DNA of 64,000 bases, taken from NCBI GenBank assembly GCA_965153285.1, contig OZ229123.1. One strand, 5' to 3'. A program made the translations under genes and the position numbers. Numbering within the stretch: the stretch's first letter is position 1; every line of letters begins with the position of its first letter. This document shows positions 35,690 to 46,469 of the stretch, piece after piece. The notes below the pieces were generated by a model. It had not been told where the DNA came from, searched no databases, and saw only the letters and a program-made list of their open reading frames with translations. This DNA comes from Podarcis tiliguerta (lineage: Eukaryota).

Positions 35690-37985
35690 TTATTATTTAT
35701 ATAAACTGTGACAAATCCTTTTTCTGGAATGTGAACACCCCAAGACCCAATTAACTATTAGATTGTCCCCTGGAATTAAGACTTGTTCCACCTCCTTGCA
35801 GTATTCTAAAGAATCTGAACAAATTGTTTCATTTAATTTTTTTTTAAAGAATGTGCCCTTTCCCTATGTTCACCTGTACAGGCACAAGATCACATGCAAA
35901 GCCCTCTCTTATGTGTAAATCCTGCCCTACCCAGGGAGCTCCTAAACTCCATGGGAGGACCAGGCTAAGGGATGGAGGCAGGGAATTGGTTTGCAAGGAA
36001 AGAGCTGTGAGTGAAGCAGTGGAGGGCAAGAGTCAGACCCAGGGCCAGCTGTCAGCTAAGCTGGGCCCCAGCCTGTGGGGCTTCGAAGGGCCCCACCCAC
36101 CCATGATTTTTAGTGCCTGGCACTTTTGAATAGGAGTCCAGGAGATGGTTACCTCCATCGAAGGGGCAGCGGTGGTGGCTGCCACATGCAAGTCTGGGCC
36201 CTACCCTAGGCACAGGGGCTGGTCCTTGCCAGCACAATTTTGAGGGGCCCCCAAAGCCCTGAGGAGAGGGGGGTGGCAAATGGGAAGGACAAGATCACAG
36301 AGGAGACCACACAATTGTCCTGCTTGTGTGTTTCTTCCCTTTGGGGCATCGGGCAAGCCACTGGGAGAACAGGAAGCTGGACTGAACTTCAGGAAGAAGT
36401 TTCTGAGGGTCAGTCCACCATCTTCCCTCAGATGGTGGACTCTCTTTCATTGGAGAGGGTTATCTGTGGATGGATTATCTGCCAGGGATTCTTCAGCTGT
36501 GATTCCTACACTGCAGAGGGTTGAACTAGAAGGACCTTTGAGTACCTTCTAACTCGATGATTTTGTGACTGGATTCTTACCCAGCAGCACGGCTTTTCTG
36601 ATGTTTGAGCGTGTTCAATTAATTCTGGCTCTCTTCTTTTAAAGAAATGGATGCTGGAACTTCTGTCATGGGATAAATGGAACAACCGCGGTGAGACCTT
36701 TAAAAAGTAAGTCCCCCCCCCCCATCCCATAAGAAGCCAGGGCTGCCCGTCCTAGGTAGGACACTGTTGCTTCCCAACCAGCCCTGCCTCATCCAGCTCC
36801 ACTTCTCCTTCTCTCCCCCCTCCCCACAATTTGTTTTCTCAGGGAAGACCTGGCAAACCTCGTGGTGTTCTACAAAGACTTGAACGAGAGGGAAATCAAG
36901 GAGAATCCAGCAAATGATGTGAGTGTTGCCTTTGGCCAACTTCTGAGTAGCCCCTTCTGGGAGGACACTTGCCAAGAGGGGCTTCTCCACTCAGGCTCAG
37001 GAAGGAGCTAAAACTGGCACTGTTAAGGGGAATCATCTCCCCATGGGCTCCAGCCTGGCTGTGTTGGTGGAGGGAGGCAGGAAGAGGGATCCATTTCCAC
37101 CACACCTGCAGATTTTGCCCTAGTGTGATGGAGAGAAGAGCCACAGCTCCATGGTCGTAGAGCACCCTCTTTGGAAGCAGAAGGCTCCAGGTTCAATCCC
37201 TGGCAATGTTTCCAGGTAGGAAGACACATTGTGAAGCCCTAGAGAGCCACTGCCAGTCGGTGCTGAGCAAGACAAGCCACTTATCTGGCTTAGTAGAAGG
37301 CAGCATCCAACAATGGCCATCATTCAGGGGCCATTTGCTTTGCACGAAGAAGGTCCCATGTTCAGTCCCAAGTGTTTTCTGGTAGGGTTGGGTGGGGCAA
37401 GGAGAAAGTGGAATGAAGAGAGTGTCCTTTCAGTGGCCAGGGGAATGGGGAGCCTTCAGTGGTCCATGGACCATACAGGGAAACGCTTCTCCGTGTAGAA
37501 ATTAAACCCTGCCAGGAAACCCCCCAGGGGAAAACTGGTGACGAAGTGCTCCCTCTGTCCCTTTCCAGCCCGTCATTCTTGTCTCCAACATTGGGGGCCA
37601 GCTGGGCCTCTGGATGAGCTGCTCCATGGTCTGTGTCATCGAGATTGTGGAGGTCTTCTTCCTCGACACCATTTGCATCATCCTGCGCCGCCACTGGCAG
37701 AAGGCCAAGAAGTGGTGGCGGGGCAAGAACAGGGAGCAAGAGGAGGAGGAGGAAGAAGAGGCAGAGGCAGAAACAACCCCCCAAAATGGCCTGCAGGGCC
37801 ACGACAACCCAGCCTGCACTGCAGACGACGATGACCTGCCCACCTTCAACACAGCCATGCGCCTGCCCCTCTCGCTGGAGCACCCACCCCCCAGGACCCC
37901 CCCGCCCAACTACAGCACCCTGCGGCTGGCCAGCACCTTTCCAGAGCAGCTGGATGACACCCTGGAGGTCCGGACAACCCAGTGA
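24253..37985 (+). CDS. SCNN1G: Epithelial sodium channel gamma subunit, full spliced CDS (12 coding exons, 1995 nt, 664 aa)
   Basis: join(24253-24569,26282-26585,27635-27828,29408-29511,31095-31258,32365-32466,32742-32859,34129-34207,34427-34484,36645-36706,36843-36918,37569-37985). All introns GT-AG with consistent phases. Contains the gamma-type N-terminus MAPAKKIKAKLKKTLPVTGPQAP, HG gating motif, FPAVTICNINPY, furin site RERR, TM2 GGQLGLWMSCS and PY motif PPPNYSTL. Confidence 0.97.
24625..24787. mobile_element. Young GC-rich hAT MITE with internal 22-bp tandem repeat
   Basis: Perfect 17-bp TIR CAGTGGCGTAGCGTGGG, perfect TSD GGACAGGG, about 3 copies of GGGTTAGGGGGCGCAAATCCAC. Confidence 0.92.
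25526..25593. repeat. Perfect 34-bp tandem duplication
   Basis: TAAGTACAGTCCATCAATCCAATTTAAACATACC twice. Confidence 0.9.
25893..26248 (-). mobile_element. L2-clade LINE 3' end with (AAT)n tail
   Basis: YLKERLHPHRSARTLRSSSEGLL...RQRAFSVVAP on the - strand. Other L2-like pieces near 29660-30010, 30380-30700, 35470-35630, 61840-62055. Confidence 0.8.
26282..26585 (+). CDS. SCNN1G: SCNN1G exon 3 (finger domain with proteolytic inhibitory tract)
   Basis: cggtag|GTACAGT...CAACTG|gtgagt; YSAIKKHLAELDKET...RERR...FKRR...VGFQL. Confidence 0.95.
27635..27828 (+). CDS. SCNN1G: SCNN1G exon 4
   Basis: ttccag|TGTGAC...GCCAG|gtcagt; CALYTFSSGVNAIQEWYKLHYMNIMAQ...CFFDGRSCDAR. Confidence 0.95.
28045..28216 (-). 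mobile_element. Isolated L1-like 5'UTR start flanked by 31-bp direct repeats
   Basis: Reverse complement begins GGGGGCTTCCGGATTGGCGCGCTGGGCAATGGCGG; CpG-rich; identical flanks at 28014-28044 and 28217-28247. Confidence 0.6.
29408..29511 (+). CDS. SCNN1G: SCNN1G exon 5
   Basis: NFTTFHHPMHGNCYTFN...GGSEYG; 104 nt; donor G|gtaagg. Confidence 0.95.
31095..31258 (+). CDS. SCNN1G: SCNN1G exon 6
   Basis: LQVILYINEAEYNPFLVTSTGAKIVIHGQDEYPFIEDVGTEIETATATSIGMHF; 164 nt. Confidence 0.95.
31361..31779. mobile_element. hAT MITE (CAGAGCTTTCCAAA TIR) with nested Tc1/mariner MITE at 31504-31734
   Basis: Both pairs of TIRs visible; located in SCNN1G intron 6. Confidence 0.8.
32365..32466 (+). CDS. SCNN1G: SCNN1G exon 7
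   Basis: cacag|ACAAAG...TTGCAG|gtgagg; TKSKRLGYPYSNCKEDGSDV...YSLQ. Confidence 0.93.
32742..32859 (+). CDS. SCNN1G: SCNN1G exon 8 (cysteine-rich thumb)
   Basis: [25 protein letters not shown]...CNYKKYPDW; 118 nt. Confidence 0.95.
34129..34207 (+). CDS. SCNN1G: SCNN1G exon 9
   Basis: MYCYYKQHEKFVKEQLDCQGSCTEAC; 79 nt. Confidence 0.94.
34427..34484 (+). CDS. SCNN1G: SCNN1G exon 10
   Basis: LKEWTLTTSLAQWPSSASQ; 58 nt. Confidence 0.94.
35636..35700. repeat. (ATT)n microsatellite
   Basis: Direct observation. Confidence 0.95.
36645..36706 (+). CDS. SCNN1G: SCNN1G exon 11
   Basis: ttttaaag|AAATGGATG...AA|gtaagt; KWMLELLSWDK; 62 nt. Confidence 0.92.
36843..36918 (+). CDS. SCNN1G: SCNN1G exon 12
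   Basis: EDLANLVVFYKDLNEREIKENPAND; 76 nt. Confidence 0.94.
37569..37985 (+). CDS. SCNN1G: SCNN1G exon 13, coding part (TM2, selectivity filter, PY motif, stop)
   Basis: PVILVSNIGGQLGLWMSCSMVCVIEIVEVFF...PRTPPPNYSTLRL...TGA. Confidence 0.96.
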   Translation, partial: PVILVSNIGGQLGLWMSCSMVCVIEIVEVFFLDTICIILRRHWQKAKKWWRGKNREQEEEEEEEAEAETTPQNGLQGHDNPACTADDDDLPTFNTAMRLPLSLEHPPPRTPPPNYSTLRLASTFPEQLDDTLEVRTTQ

Positions 37986-39024
37986 TGCCCTTGACCCCAG
38001 CAGGAAAGGCCGCTCCTTGGACTCGGCGGCTGGACTTACCCTCTGGCGGGACGGGGGACAGAAGCTGCTTGCCCCAAACAGAAATGCACCTGCTCTGCAC
38101 TCTGCCATTCTGCTAGCCAGACACTTGATGCCGTTTCTGTATTAGTTCCCCCCTCTGCCCCTCGCTGGGGGCGAGCCAGGCTTTTCGCTGGGGCGGCTGC
38201 TGTCGCGATGCTCGGGTGTCCGAGGGCAGTTCCTGTCTGGAGGCGGGAGCTTAGTCTATGACCTTGGACCCCCAGACAACAGCTGCTGACTCTGCGGCAG
38301 AGTGCTGTGACTTCTTAGGCAAAGGACAAGTCCAGCTGCACCTTGACCCTCAGGCACGGAAGATGGTTGTGGGTTCAGTAAGATCCAGGTTCCCTTTTGC
38401 TGAAGCTGAAAGCAGCTCCCTGGTTTCAGCTGGCCTGGAAGGGAGCTAAGTTCTGCCTTCAAGATATTGCCTTTGTCCCAAAGCTGTAAAGGTTGGTTCT
38501 GAGAGCACACCTTGCAGAAGGAGCAGCCTTGGCTCTCAAGGGGTGCCTTTTAATCCTGCTTCTGAAAAGACCTGCACCCCCATGCCCAGCTACACCCACA
38601 CATGCACCCCCAGCCCTGCCAGGTGCACTTATCAGGGTACATTTTGCCGCCACCTCCTCCCTTGCAAGGTCCATCCACTGGAGGAGCTGGTAATACTAGG
38701 GGGCAGGACACCTCTCAGTGCAAGCAACTGGGAATCACATGTGGGGAGAGGGCTGCTGCTATTGTTGTGCTCAGGTCCTGCTTGCAGGCTCCCCATAGAG
38801 GCATCTCTGTGAGAAAAGGGGGCTGGACTCCCAACAGGCCCCCTTTCACCTGATCCATCACTGCAGGACTCTTTGGATGCAGGGGCTGCGGTGGAGGTGG
38901 CAAGCAGGAAGGAGTGAAAAAAAGACTTGGCTCATGTGCAATATATGGTGGTGGTGTTTTTAAGCTTAATAATTTAACAACCGAGACCAACCCCTGGGAA
39001 CTGTGGAAGGGGAGAAATGCCTTT

Positions 39025-39030
39025 AATAAA
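39025..39030 (+). terminator. Candidate SCNN1G polyadenylation signal
   Basis: AATAAA about 1 kb after the stop codon, followed by TG-rich sequence (ctgtgtcttgcatgtg). Confidence 0.45.
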
Positions 39031-41740
39031 ATATTTCTAAGGAACAGCCTGTGTCTTGCATGTGAGATCTTTTCCCTGGGAAATCGGGTAGGGCTGGAGC
39101 TAAGGATCTTGGGACCTCCCTGGAAACTGAAAGGGACTCCTGCCAGAGTCCTTCCACCAGCCAGAGCCAGTGAAGGGGTGCAAGCATCTGCCTCCACAAA
39201 GGTCCTGGACACCCTACTCTCTGCTTTTCCCCAGACATGAGCCACCCTCTGACGCTCTGCCTTGGCTAATTCCTGCTTTCAAACACATGGTGATGTTGAT
39301 TGATGGCAAACGAGGCAGCAGGGCTGGTGGGTGTGGGATTCTCAGCTCAGGCAGGAGCTATTGTTTGCCCCGTGGCACCGTCCCAAACTTGGGGGGGGGG
39401 GGCACCTCTGGATGCTATTGCCTTGGCAGGCAGCATCATAAATCAGGGGCAGGGAGACTGTTACCATTTCCTAAGAGGTAGCGATGGAGGGGGGGGTCTT
39501 GCCTGTGTACACATCACATCAGCCATGGTGGAGGGTGGCATGCCCAGCTGCAGCTCAGGATATGACGATTATTAGTGACACTCAAGGGCGGGGTAAAGAA
39601 AGAGTCCCATCTCTCCCCTCCTCCATGGCCCTTGGAAAGCAGGGGGCAAACAGGGTCGCCTTGTTTTGTTCCTCAAGGCACTTTCTCTGCCCTCCCTCCA
39701 AAAAATATCTGCCCATTTAACTGCCAGGGGCTGTACTGATACACTACAGTGAAAGGTGACGTGGCAGAGACATGGCATCCTAGACAGCTGCTGCTTCTGG
39801 GAGTTTGTTTCAGGGAGTTCATACAGGGTCATGGATGTAAGAAAAAGTCTTAGCCCCAACCTGGTCCCTCCCTGGCCATTTTGCACAACTGGGGCTCTGT
39901 CAGAAGCCATAGAAAAGCCATTCTTCTGAACTGGTACCTGTTCTCCTGACTTGAAAGGCAGGGCTGCCCAGGAGCCTCCCACAGGTCCCGTCACTGGTTC
40001 AAAGTCCATCCTGGAACTCTTTGACTCGCTTCAGTAGGGACATCTCTGCCAGAAGTTGTTGGGATGGAACTCAGCTTGCAACACAGGCTGACAACATCGG
40101 GAGAAATCTCCAACTTTTCTAGAATGTCCTTTTTCCACTGACTGCTTGGTCTTCCTTCAGTGCTGGGCTGATGCTTGCAGGGTTGTTCAGCTCATCGTTT
40201 CTTCTTCCTTCTTTGTCTTTACCCTGGGGGAGGAGAGAGCTTTTGCATCTCTCCTGCTCAACTGAAAGACCAAGACCAGGATTCATTGTGTTTCCTCTTA
40301 GTTAGTTACAGCTAGGATCTTTCCTATCACATATGTACAGCATATCTCCCAATCACTGTACCCCTCTTCTTTTCCTAAACTCAGAACCTCAGTGTAACAA
40401 CATCCAAAGCAAAATGTGCTCATCCAGCTCAGCTTCTGTGAGTGTCAAGTCCAAACACCAGCCATCTCCAGGCCTATGGTCGATCAGGCCCTAAAGCAGA
40501 GGCGACTACACTAAAACTCCCTGAACATTGGTGCCATGACTATTTGGATAAACTAAACAATCAAATAACATATTTAATTTGCAGGGCAATCTTATTTTTT
40601 ACTGGTAGACACAACATTCATAAACTCTTAAAATGCAAGTTGTTGTTGCTCCTATGTGGGATTCACATATTATACAATGAAAAGCTTGAATTTTGTTTAA
40701 CATCAACTAGAGTTTGCTTGTCATTAATTGCATTTATATACCACTTTTCTAGATACACAGATACAAACAGATCCGAGTCTCTCCTAATACCCACCCCACC
40801 CCTTTGCCCCTGTGGATGAGCCTCTATATTGGCATCTTCCAGACCCACAGAGGTCCAGCGTGCTCAGCTTCTCAAAGAGCTGGGCCTCGCTCTCCCACCC
40901 ATCCTGAGTGCTGGAGGAGAGGACTGAGTCTTCTAGACTCCGGACTCCTGTTTAGAAGAAGGGTTGAGAGAGCTGGGAATGTTTAGCCTGGAGAAGGGAA
41001 GGCTGAGAGGTGATATGAGAGTCATCTTCAAATATCTTAAGGGCTGTCATATGGAAGATGGAGCAAGCTTATTTTTTGCTGCACCAGAGGGTAGGACCCA
41101 AACCAATGACAAGAAAGGAGATTTTGACTAAACATCTGGAAGTAAGAGCCATTGGACGGTGGAGCGGACAAACTTGCAAAGTGGTGGACTCTCCTTCATT
41201 GAATGTTTTTTAATAGAGGTTAGGTGGTCCTCTCTTGAGGATTCTTTAGCCATGATACCTGCTTTGCAGAGGGTTGGACTAGATGTATGTTGAGGTATCC
41301 AAGTCTACAGTCCTGTGATTCTTCACAGGAACAAGCTATCCCTGCTGCTGCACTGCTGAGTGGGGGCCCTGGACCTCTGACCCCAAGCCCTGCCCTGATA
41401 GCACATTCAATACAGAGGTTTCTGGTGGCCGTCAGAGCCAGACCCAGAGGAAGCCACTCTGTTTTCTTCCTGGTGAGGGAGGCTAGAGAAGGTGCTGAGC
41501 AAGTTCTACCAGCTGCTGCTGTCAAGGATGATTTCCTGATAACTTGGTGGGTCAAACCACCACCGCCACTTGGCCTCCTGCTGATGGTGATGAGTGTGTC
41601 TTCCCAGGGCTGACAGGGATCATCATCCTCACTGCATCATCACCTTCCTGATGATGCTGAGGGCCAGGGAGATGATGTCAACTGGCTCATCTTTGAAGTT
41701 GGGCCATCTTGGAGGCATGAACTGGGGGCAGAAGTCACAA

Positions 41741-41742
<2 letters not shown>

Positions 41743-41801
<59 letters not shown>

Positions 41802-41808
41802 TGTGTGT
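41743..41808. repeat. (CT)n(GT)n compound microsatellite
   Basis: Direct observation. Confidence 0.95.
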
Positions 41809-42024
41809 AATTGAAATGGGATATGGGACTTCCCCCAGTTTGATGCAAGGTAGGTTTCTAAGTAAACCTGCCCTGTTTGACCAGGAGCCATCAAAAGCAA
41901 CTGGGAAAAGGGAAGTGATGCTGGGTAAGTAAAAAAAAAAACTGATAGAGAAAAGGGGGCATGCTTACAGTGAAGCCAAGGAAGGAGCTGTAATAAGACC
42001 AGAAATAAGAGAATCATAGAATTA

Positions 42025-42244
42025 CAGTGGTTAAGAACTTAATTCGTTCTGGAGGTCCGTTCTTAACCTGAAACTGTTCTTAACCTGAGGTACCACTTTA
42101 GCTAATGTGGCCTCCTGCTGCTGCCGCACGGTTTCTGTTCTCATCCTGAAGCAAAGTTCTCAACCCGAGGTACTATTTCTGGGTTAGCAGAGTGTAACCT
42201 GAAGCGTCTGTAACCTGAAGGGTCTGTAACCCGAGGTACCACTG
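42025..42244. mobile_element. Tc1/mariner-type MITE (CAGTGG...GGTACCACTG family)
   Basis: TA flanks; inserted in a CR1-tail-like AGAATCATAGAAT sequence. Confidence 0.8.
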
Positions 42245-42272
42245 TATAGAGCTGATGTAGTGTGTGATTATT

Positions 42273-42635
42273 AGGACGCGGGTGGCGCTGTGGGTTAAAG
42301 CCTCAGCGCCTAGGGCTTGCCGATCGTAAGGTCGGCGGTTCAAATCCCCGTGGCGGGGTGCGCTCCCGCTGTTCGGTCCCAGCGCCTGCCAACCTAGCAG
42401 TTCGAAAGCACTCTCGGGTACAAGTAGATAAATAGGGACCGCTTACTAGCGGGAAGGTAAACAGCGTTTCCGTGTGCGGCTCTGGCTTGCCAGAGCAGCA
42501 ATGTCACGCTGGCCACGTGACCCGGAAGTGTCTGCGGACAGCACTGGCCCCCGGCCTCTTTGAGTGAGATGGGCGCACAACCCTAGAGTCTGTCAAGACT
42601 GGCCCGTACGGGCAGGGGTACCTTTACCTTTACCT
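42273..42635 (+). mobile_element. Sauria SINE with 12-bp TSD
   Basis: TSD TAGTGTGTGATT at 42258-42269 and 42636-42647. Confidence 0.92.
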
Positions 42636-43632
42636 TAGTGTGTGATTTCCTACCTTCGTGTGTGTAACCTTGCTACGTGAAGAAGCATCTATACACCCTG
42701 TCTCTTTTCGTTTCATGTACTAAACCAACCTTTCTTCATTCCTTTGGTGTGTGAGAAAGTGGCTAGAGAAGAGTTTTTCCTCCCTCTCTCCTAACACTAG
42801 AACTGGGGGCAACCAAGGAAGCGGAAAGCTGGAAGATTCAGGACAGAGGAAAGGAAGTCCTCCTTCACACAGCACGGCATTGAACTATGGAACTCCCTGC
42901 TGCAGGAGGCAGTGATGGCCACCAACTTAGATGGCTTTGAAAGAGGATTGGACAGATTCATGGAGAAGAGGGCTAATGGGGGCTAGTAGCCAGGGCAGCT
43001 ATGCTCTGCCTCCACAGTCAGATGAAGCAGTGTTTCTAAATACCAGTTGCTGGAAACCACAGGAAGGGAGACCTGTCCTCAGATCCTGCTTGTGGGTTTC
43101 CCGTCTAGTTGACCACTGTGAGAACAGGATGCTGGACTAGATGGGTCACTGGCCTGATCCAGCAGGCTCTTATGTTCTTATGTGAGCTTATTAATTGGGG
43201 ATAAGGTTATGGGCAAACAGGTGTTCATAACGGATGCATGCATCCATGAAAAGGATGACAGTCCTCTCTGAGCTGTACAAGCACCTCGTAATAGAAGTCT
43301 GTATTTCAAAAATGCTTGGAACTCAAGGCTCTCGGAATCATCTCCTTCCTTTCCTTTCTTCATTATCATCCTGCAGCAGAGCTTGGGTGCCCCCAACTAA
43401 TTGCTGCACTGAGGGGGACAGCATTGGGGGGAACATTCCAGCTGGTGAGTGAAGGATGAACCCCCTCTTTCCAGTGCACTCACCAAAAATCCACTCTACG
43501 GTTTCATATCCAATACACAGATAAGGACTGGGATAAAGGTCAGGTGGAATGCTGGAGAAGGGAGGTCTTCTGGATGAGCCACAAGCCCTACAAAGGAAGA
43601 CTGAAGGCATTAGGTACGTTTAGTCTGGAGAA

Positions 43633-43867
43633 TACTTTGGCCACCTCATGAGAAGAGAAGACTCCCTGGAAAAGACCCTGATGTTGGGAAAGATGGAGGG
43701 CACAAGGAGAAGGGGACGACAGAGGACGAGATGGCTGGACAGTGTTCTCGAAGCTACCAGCATGAGTTTGACCAAACTGCGGGAGGCAGTGGAAGACAGG
43801 AGTGCCTGGCGTGCTCTGGTCCTTGAGGTCACGAAGAGTCGGACACGACTAAACGACTAAACAACAA
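43633..43867 (+). mobile_element. RTE-BovB LINE 3' end with TSD
   Basis: YFGHLMRREDSLEKTLMLGKMEGTRRRGRQRTRWLD...TKSRTRLND; CAA tail; TSD AGTCTGGAGAA at 43622-43632 and 43868-43878. Confidence 0.93.
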
Positions 43868-43899
43868 AGTCTGGAGAAGAGATGATTAAGATGTGAGAT

Positions 43900-44150
43900 A
43901 ACAACTCATATTGTTCTCTGCATACTGTAAAATTGTATGAATCCTTATATCTACCTACTACATTAACAATCAATAGATTTGTGTATGTTTATTCAAAACC
44001 TGCCAAGGAGTCCATTTTGTTGTCTTTTTAAGTAATATGTGATAAGTTCCCATTCTTCTTTAAAGTCACAGTTGTCCTTATCTCTCAGTTCGTATGTCAA
44101 TCTAGCCATTTCTTCATAGTTCATCAATTTCTCTTGCCATTGTTCTTGTC
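43900..44150 (-). mobile_element. L1 ORF2 C-terminal fragment
   Basis: - strand EQWQEKLMNYEEMARLTYELRDKDNCDFKEEW resembles squamate L1 ORF2 ends. Confidence 0.6.
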
Positions 44151-44883
44151 ACACAGATGACAGGCCAAATTTATTCTCTCTTGCACCAAACAGAAGGGTC
44201 CAAACCAATGGGTTCAATGTACAAGAAGAGGTATTGCATAAACCTTAGGAAGGACTTCCTGACAGCGTGAGTTGCTTGAGTCTTCCTTGGGAGGTGGTGG
44301 AATCTCCCTTCCTTGGAAGTTGGGTGGCCCGCCTACTAGGAATGTTGTAGCCATGGATTTCCTGCATCAGCGGGGGGGGGGGGGTGCACCTGATGACCTT
44401 TGAGTTTCCTTCCAGCTCTATGATCCTATGACACTTGTGAAAGGCAGGGCTGATCTCAGAGCAGAACCTCACAGGGTGACTTAGTTCTCCTGAATGCACC
44501 CACCTCCTTCTGGGGTCTGTAATAACAGTTCAGGATCCGCAGTCAATCAGCCCCTACAAACACCACTAATTTTGCTGGGATATAGAAAGGCTGGGGGGGG
44601 GGGGCAGGCAGCTTCTGCATGAGACTGCAAAGGGTCACGCGAGGACAGAAACTCTTCCACACCCTCAAGAAGGTTGTGCAATCTGATTAAATAATTGTTT
44701 TATAACAGAAGAAGCTCTGTTCACAAGGGAGTAATAGTCAGCTAGTAAACGTCCTGGGTGAGAGATGTGACAAGACATTTGTCCCATCCAATGTAAGGGG
44801 CTCAGCAGAGCCAGCCTGGCCATTAGGCAGGGTAAGGCTGCTGCCTCAGGTGTCAGAAGTCCCTCAGGCGGCACGTTGGCAGG

Positions 44884-45058
44884 TGCCACACCTTCCCCAC
44901 CACTTCTGCCATTGGCGGAGAACTGCTGCCACCATCAGCGCCAATTTGGGGCAGGATCATGTCTATTTTGGGTGAGATCTCGCCCCAAAGAGGCACGATC
45001 TTGCCCCCAAATTGGCACAGATGGCGGTACCACTTCTCCACCAGTGGGAAATGTGGCA
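44884..45058. repeat. Imperfect palindrome of about 175 bp centred on GAGATCTC (44974-44981)
   Basis: Arms CCAATTTGGGGCAGGATC / GATCTTGCCCCCAAATTGG and TGCCACA / TGTGGCA. Confidence 0.8.
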
Positions 45059-45866
45059 TAGCAAAGGGGCACTTTTTGTCTGGGTGCTCTTGCTTTGTAA
45101 ATATAAAACTCATCAGTGGTCCATCAGATGGGGTCCAGCAACCATTTTAAGACTAAGCACCGCACAAGACTGAAGCCAGCAAATCCTGGTTCAGAAAACC
45201 AGAACTTCTTTCCTTCATTGCATTCATCTCCCACCTTTTCCTCCAAGGAGCTCAAGGCAGTGTAGATGGTTCTCCTCCCCCTTTATCACACCAACCCACC
45301 AGGGAGCAGCTCAAATTAACCCGGGAGCTTCATGACTGGGTGAGGATTCGAACCCTGGTCTCCCATATTATATCTCAACACACTAGCCATTACACTACAC
45401 TGGCTGAAGAGCAGAAGGGGATCCCAGAAGCCAGGACAGTTGCTGCCTCCTTCCTCCACTGCAGGAGACCATCTTGACCCTCCATCTCCTTTGCTGGGGT
45501 GGTGTGGGTGTGGGTGGGTGGGTGTGTCAATGATCCTGCTGGAAGGTTGTGAACTGGAGGGTGGGGGGGAGACACGTCCCCAGCCGAAGTTCTGGGCTTG
45601 CTCGGCGTTGTGTTCCTTTAGTAATTGCAGAGGGCGGAATAGTACAAAATACCTGAGCCTGACCTGCTTCTGATCTCCACGCAAGGAAAGACAAAACATG
45701 CCTGGAGCCAGGACCGAGCAGTTCTTCTCCTGTCAGAAGCAAGAAGCCCCATCAATCCTCCAGGGACACAGGTGTCGTCCTCTCACCTGAGGCAGGAGAG
45801 GGCACCCCACGTGCTGAGGAGCCCTCGTCCCTTTGCTGGAGGGATGCCACATCTACACACAAACAC

Positions 45867-45925
45867 TCTTCTTCTTCTTCTTCTTCTTCTTCTTCTTCTT
45901 CTTCTTCTTCTTCTTCTTCTTCTTC
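45867..45925. repeat. (CTT)n microsatellite
   Basis: Direct observation. Confidence 0.95.
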
Positions 45926-46081
45926 ACCCTGTGCAGGGAATTCCTTCTCACCCAGCATAGAAGACTCTCCACTTTCAAAGGATGAAGGATGGTCTACTGT
46001 ACACTTCCCTTTAGCAACTCTTGCAGCCAAGCTGGTGCCAAGTGCATTGCTCTGCTTCCTTTGGACCACATCAGCGAGGCC

Positions 46082-46082
<1 letters not shown>

Positions 46083-46130
<48 letters not shown>
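46083..46130. repeat. (GT)n microsatellite
   Basis: Direct observation. Confidence 0.95.
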
Positions 46131-46131
<1 letters not shown>

Positions 46132-46327
46132 GTCCTCTGGGCAGCCCTCCCTACACGCTGCCCAGGCTTGCACCCCAGGGAGGTCACTTCAGTGCTGCCA
46201 ACACAGTGCTTTGACTTCACCCCTGGAGACATACTCCATTGTCTCTTGAGACAAGTGGATTCCGACAAAGGATGATCATCGGTCAGGGATACTTCAGCTC
46301 TTATTCTTGCTCTGTAAGGGGTTGGGC

Positions 46328-46469
46328 CATGGGCGTAGCCAAGGGAGGGCAGGGGGGCAGATACCACCCCAATCAATATAAATAATTAAAAATCTATAGA
46401 AATTTGAGGTTCTGCCCCCTCTAACAAAAACCTCTCCTGCCCCCAACAAAAACCCTGGCTACACCCATG
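46328..46469. mobile_element. hAT MITE inserted in a CR1 tail
   Basis: TIR CATGGGCGTAGCC/GGCTACACCCATG; TSD GGTTGGGC/GGTTGGAC. Confidence 0.85.

Noticed and set aside
37362-38145. 248-aa (-) and 170-aa (+) ORFs overlapping SCNN1G exon 13
   Set aside because: Alternative frames of a GC-rich exon with no independent support.
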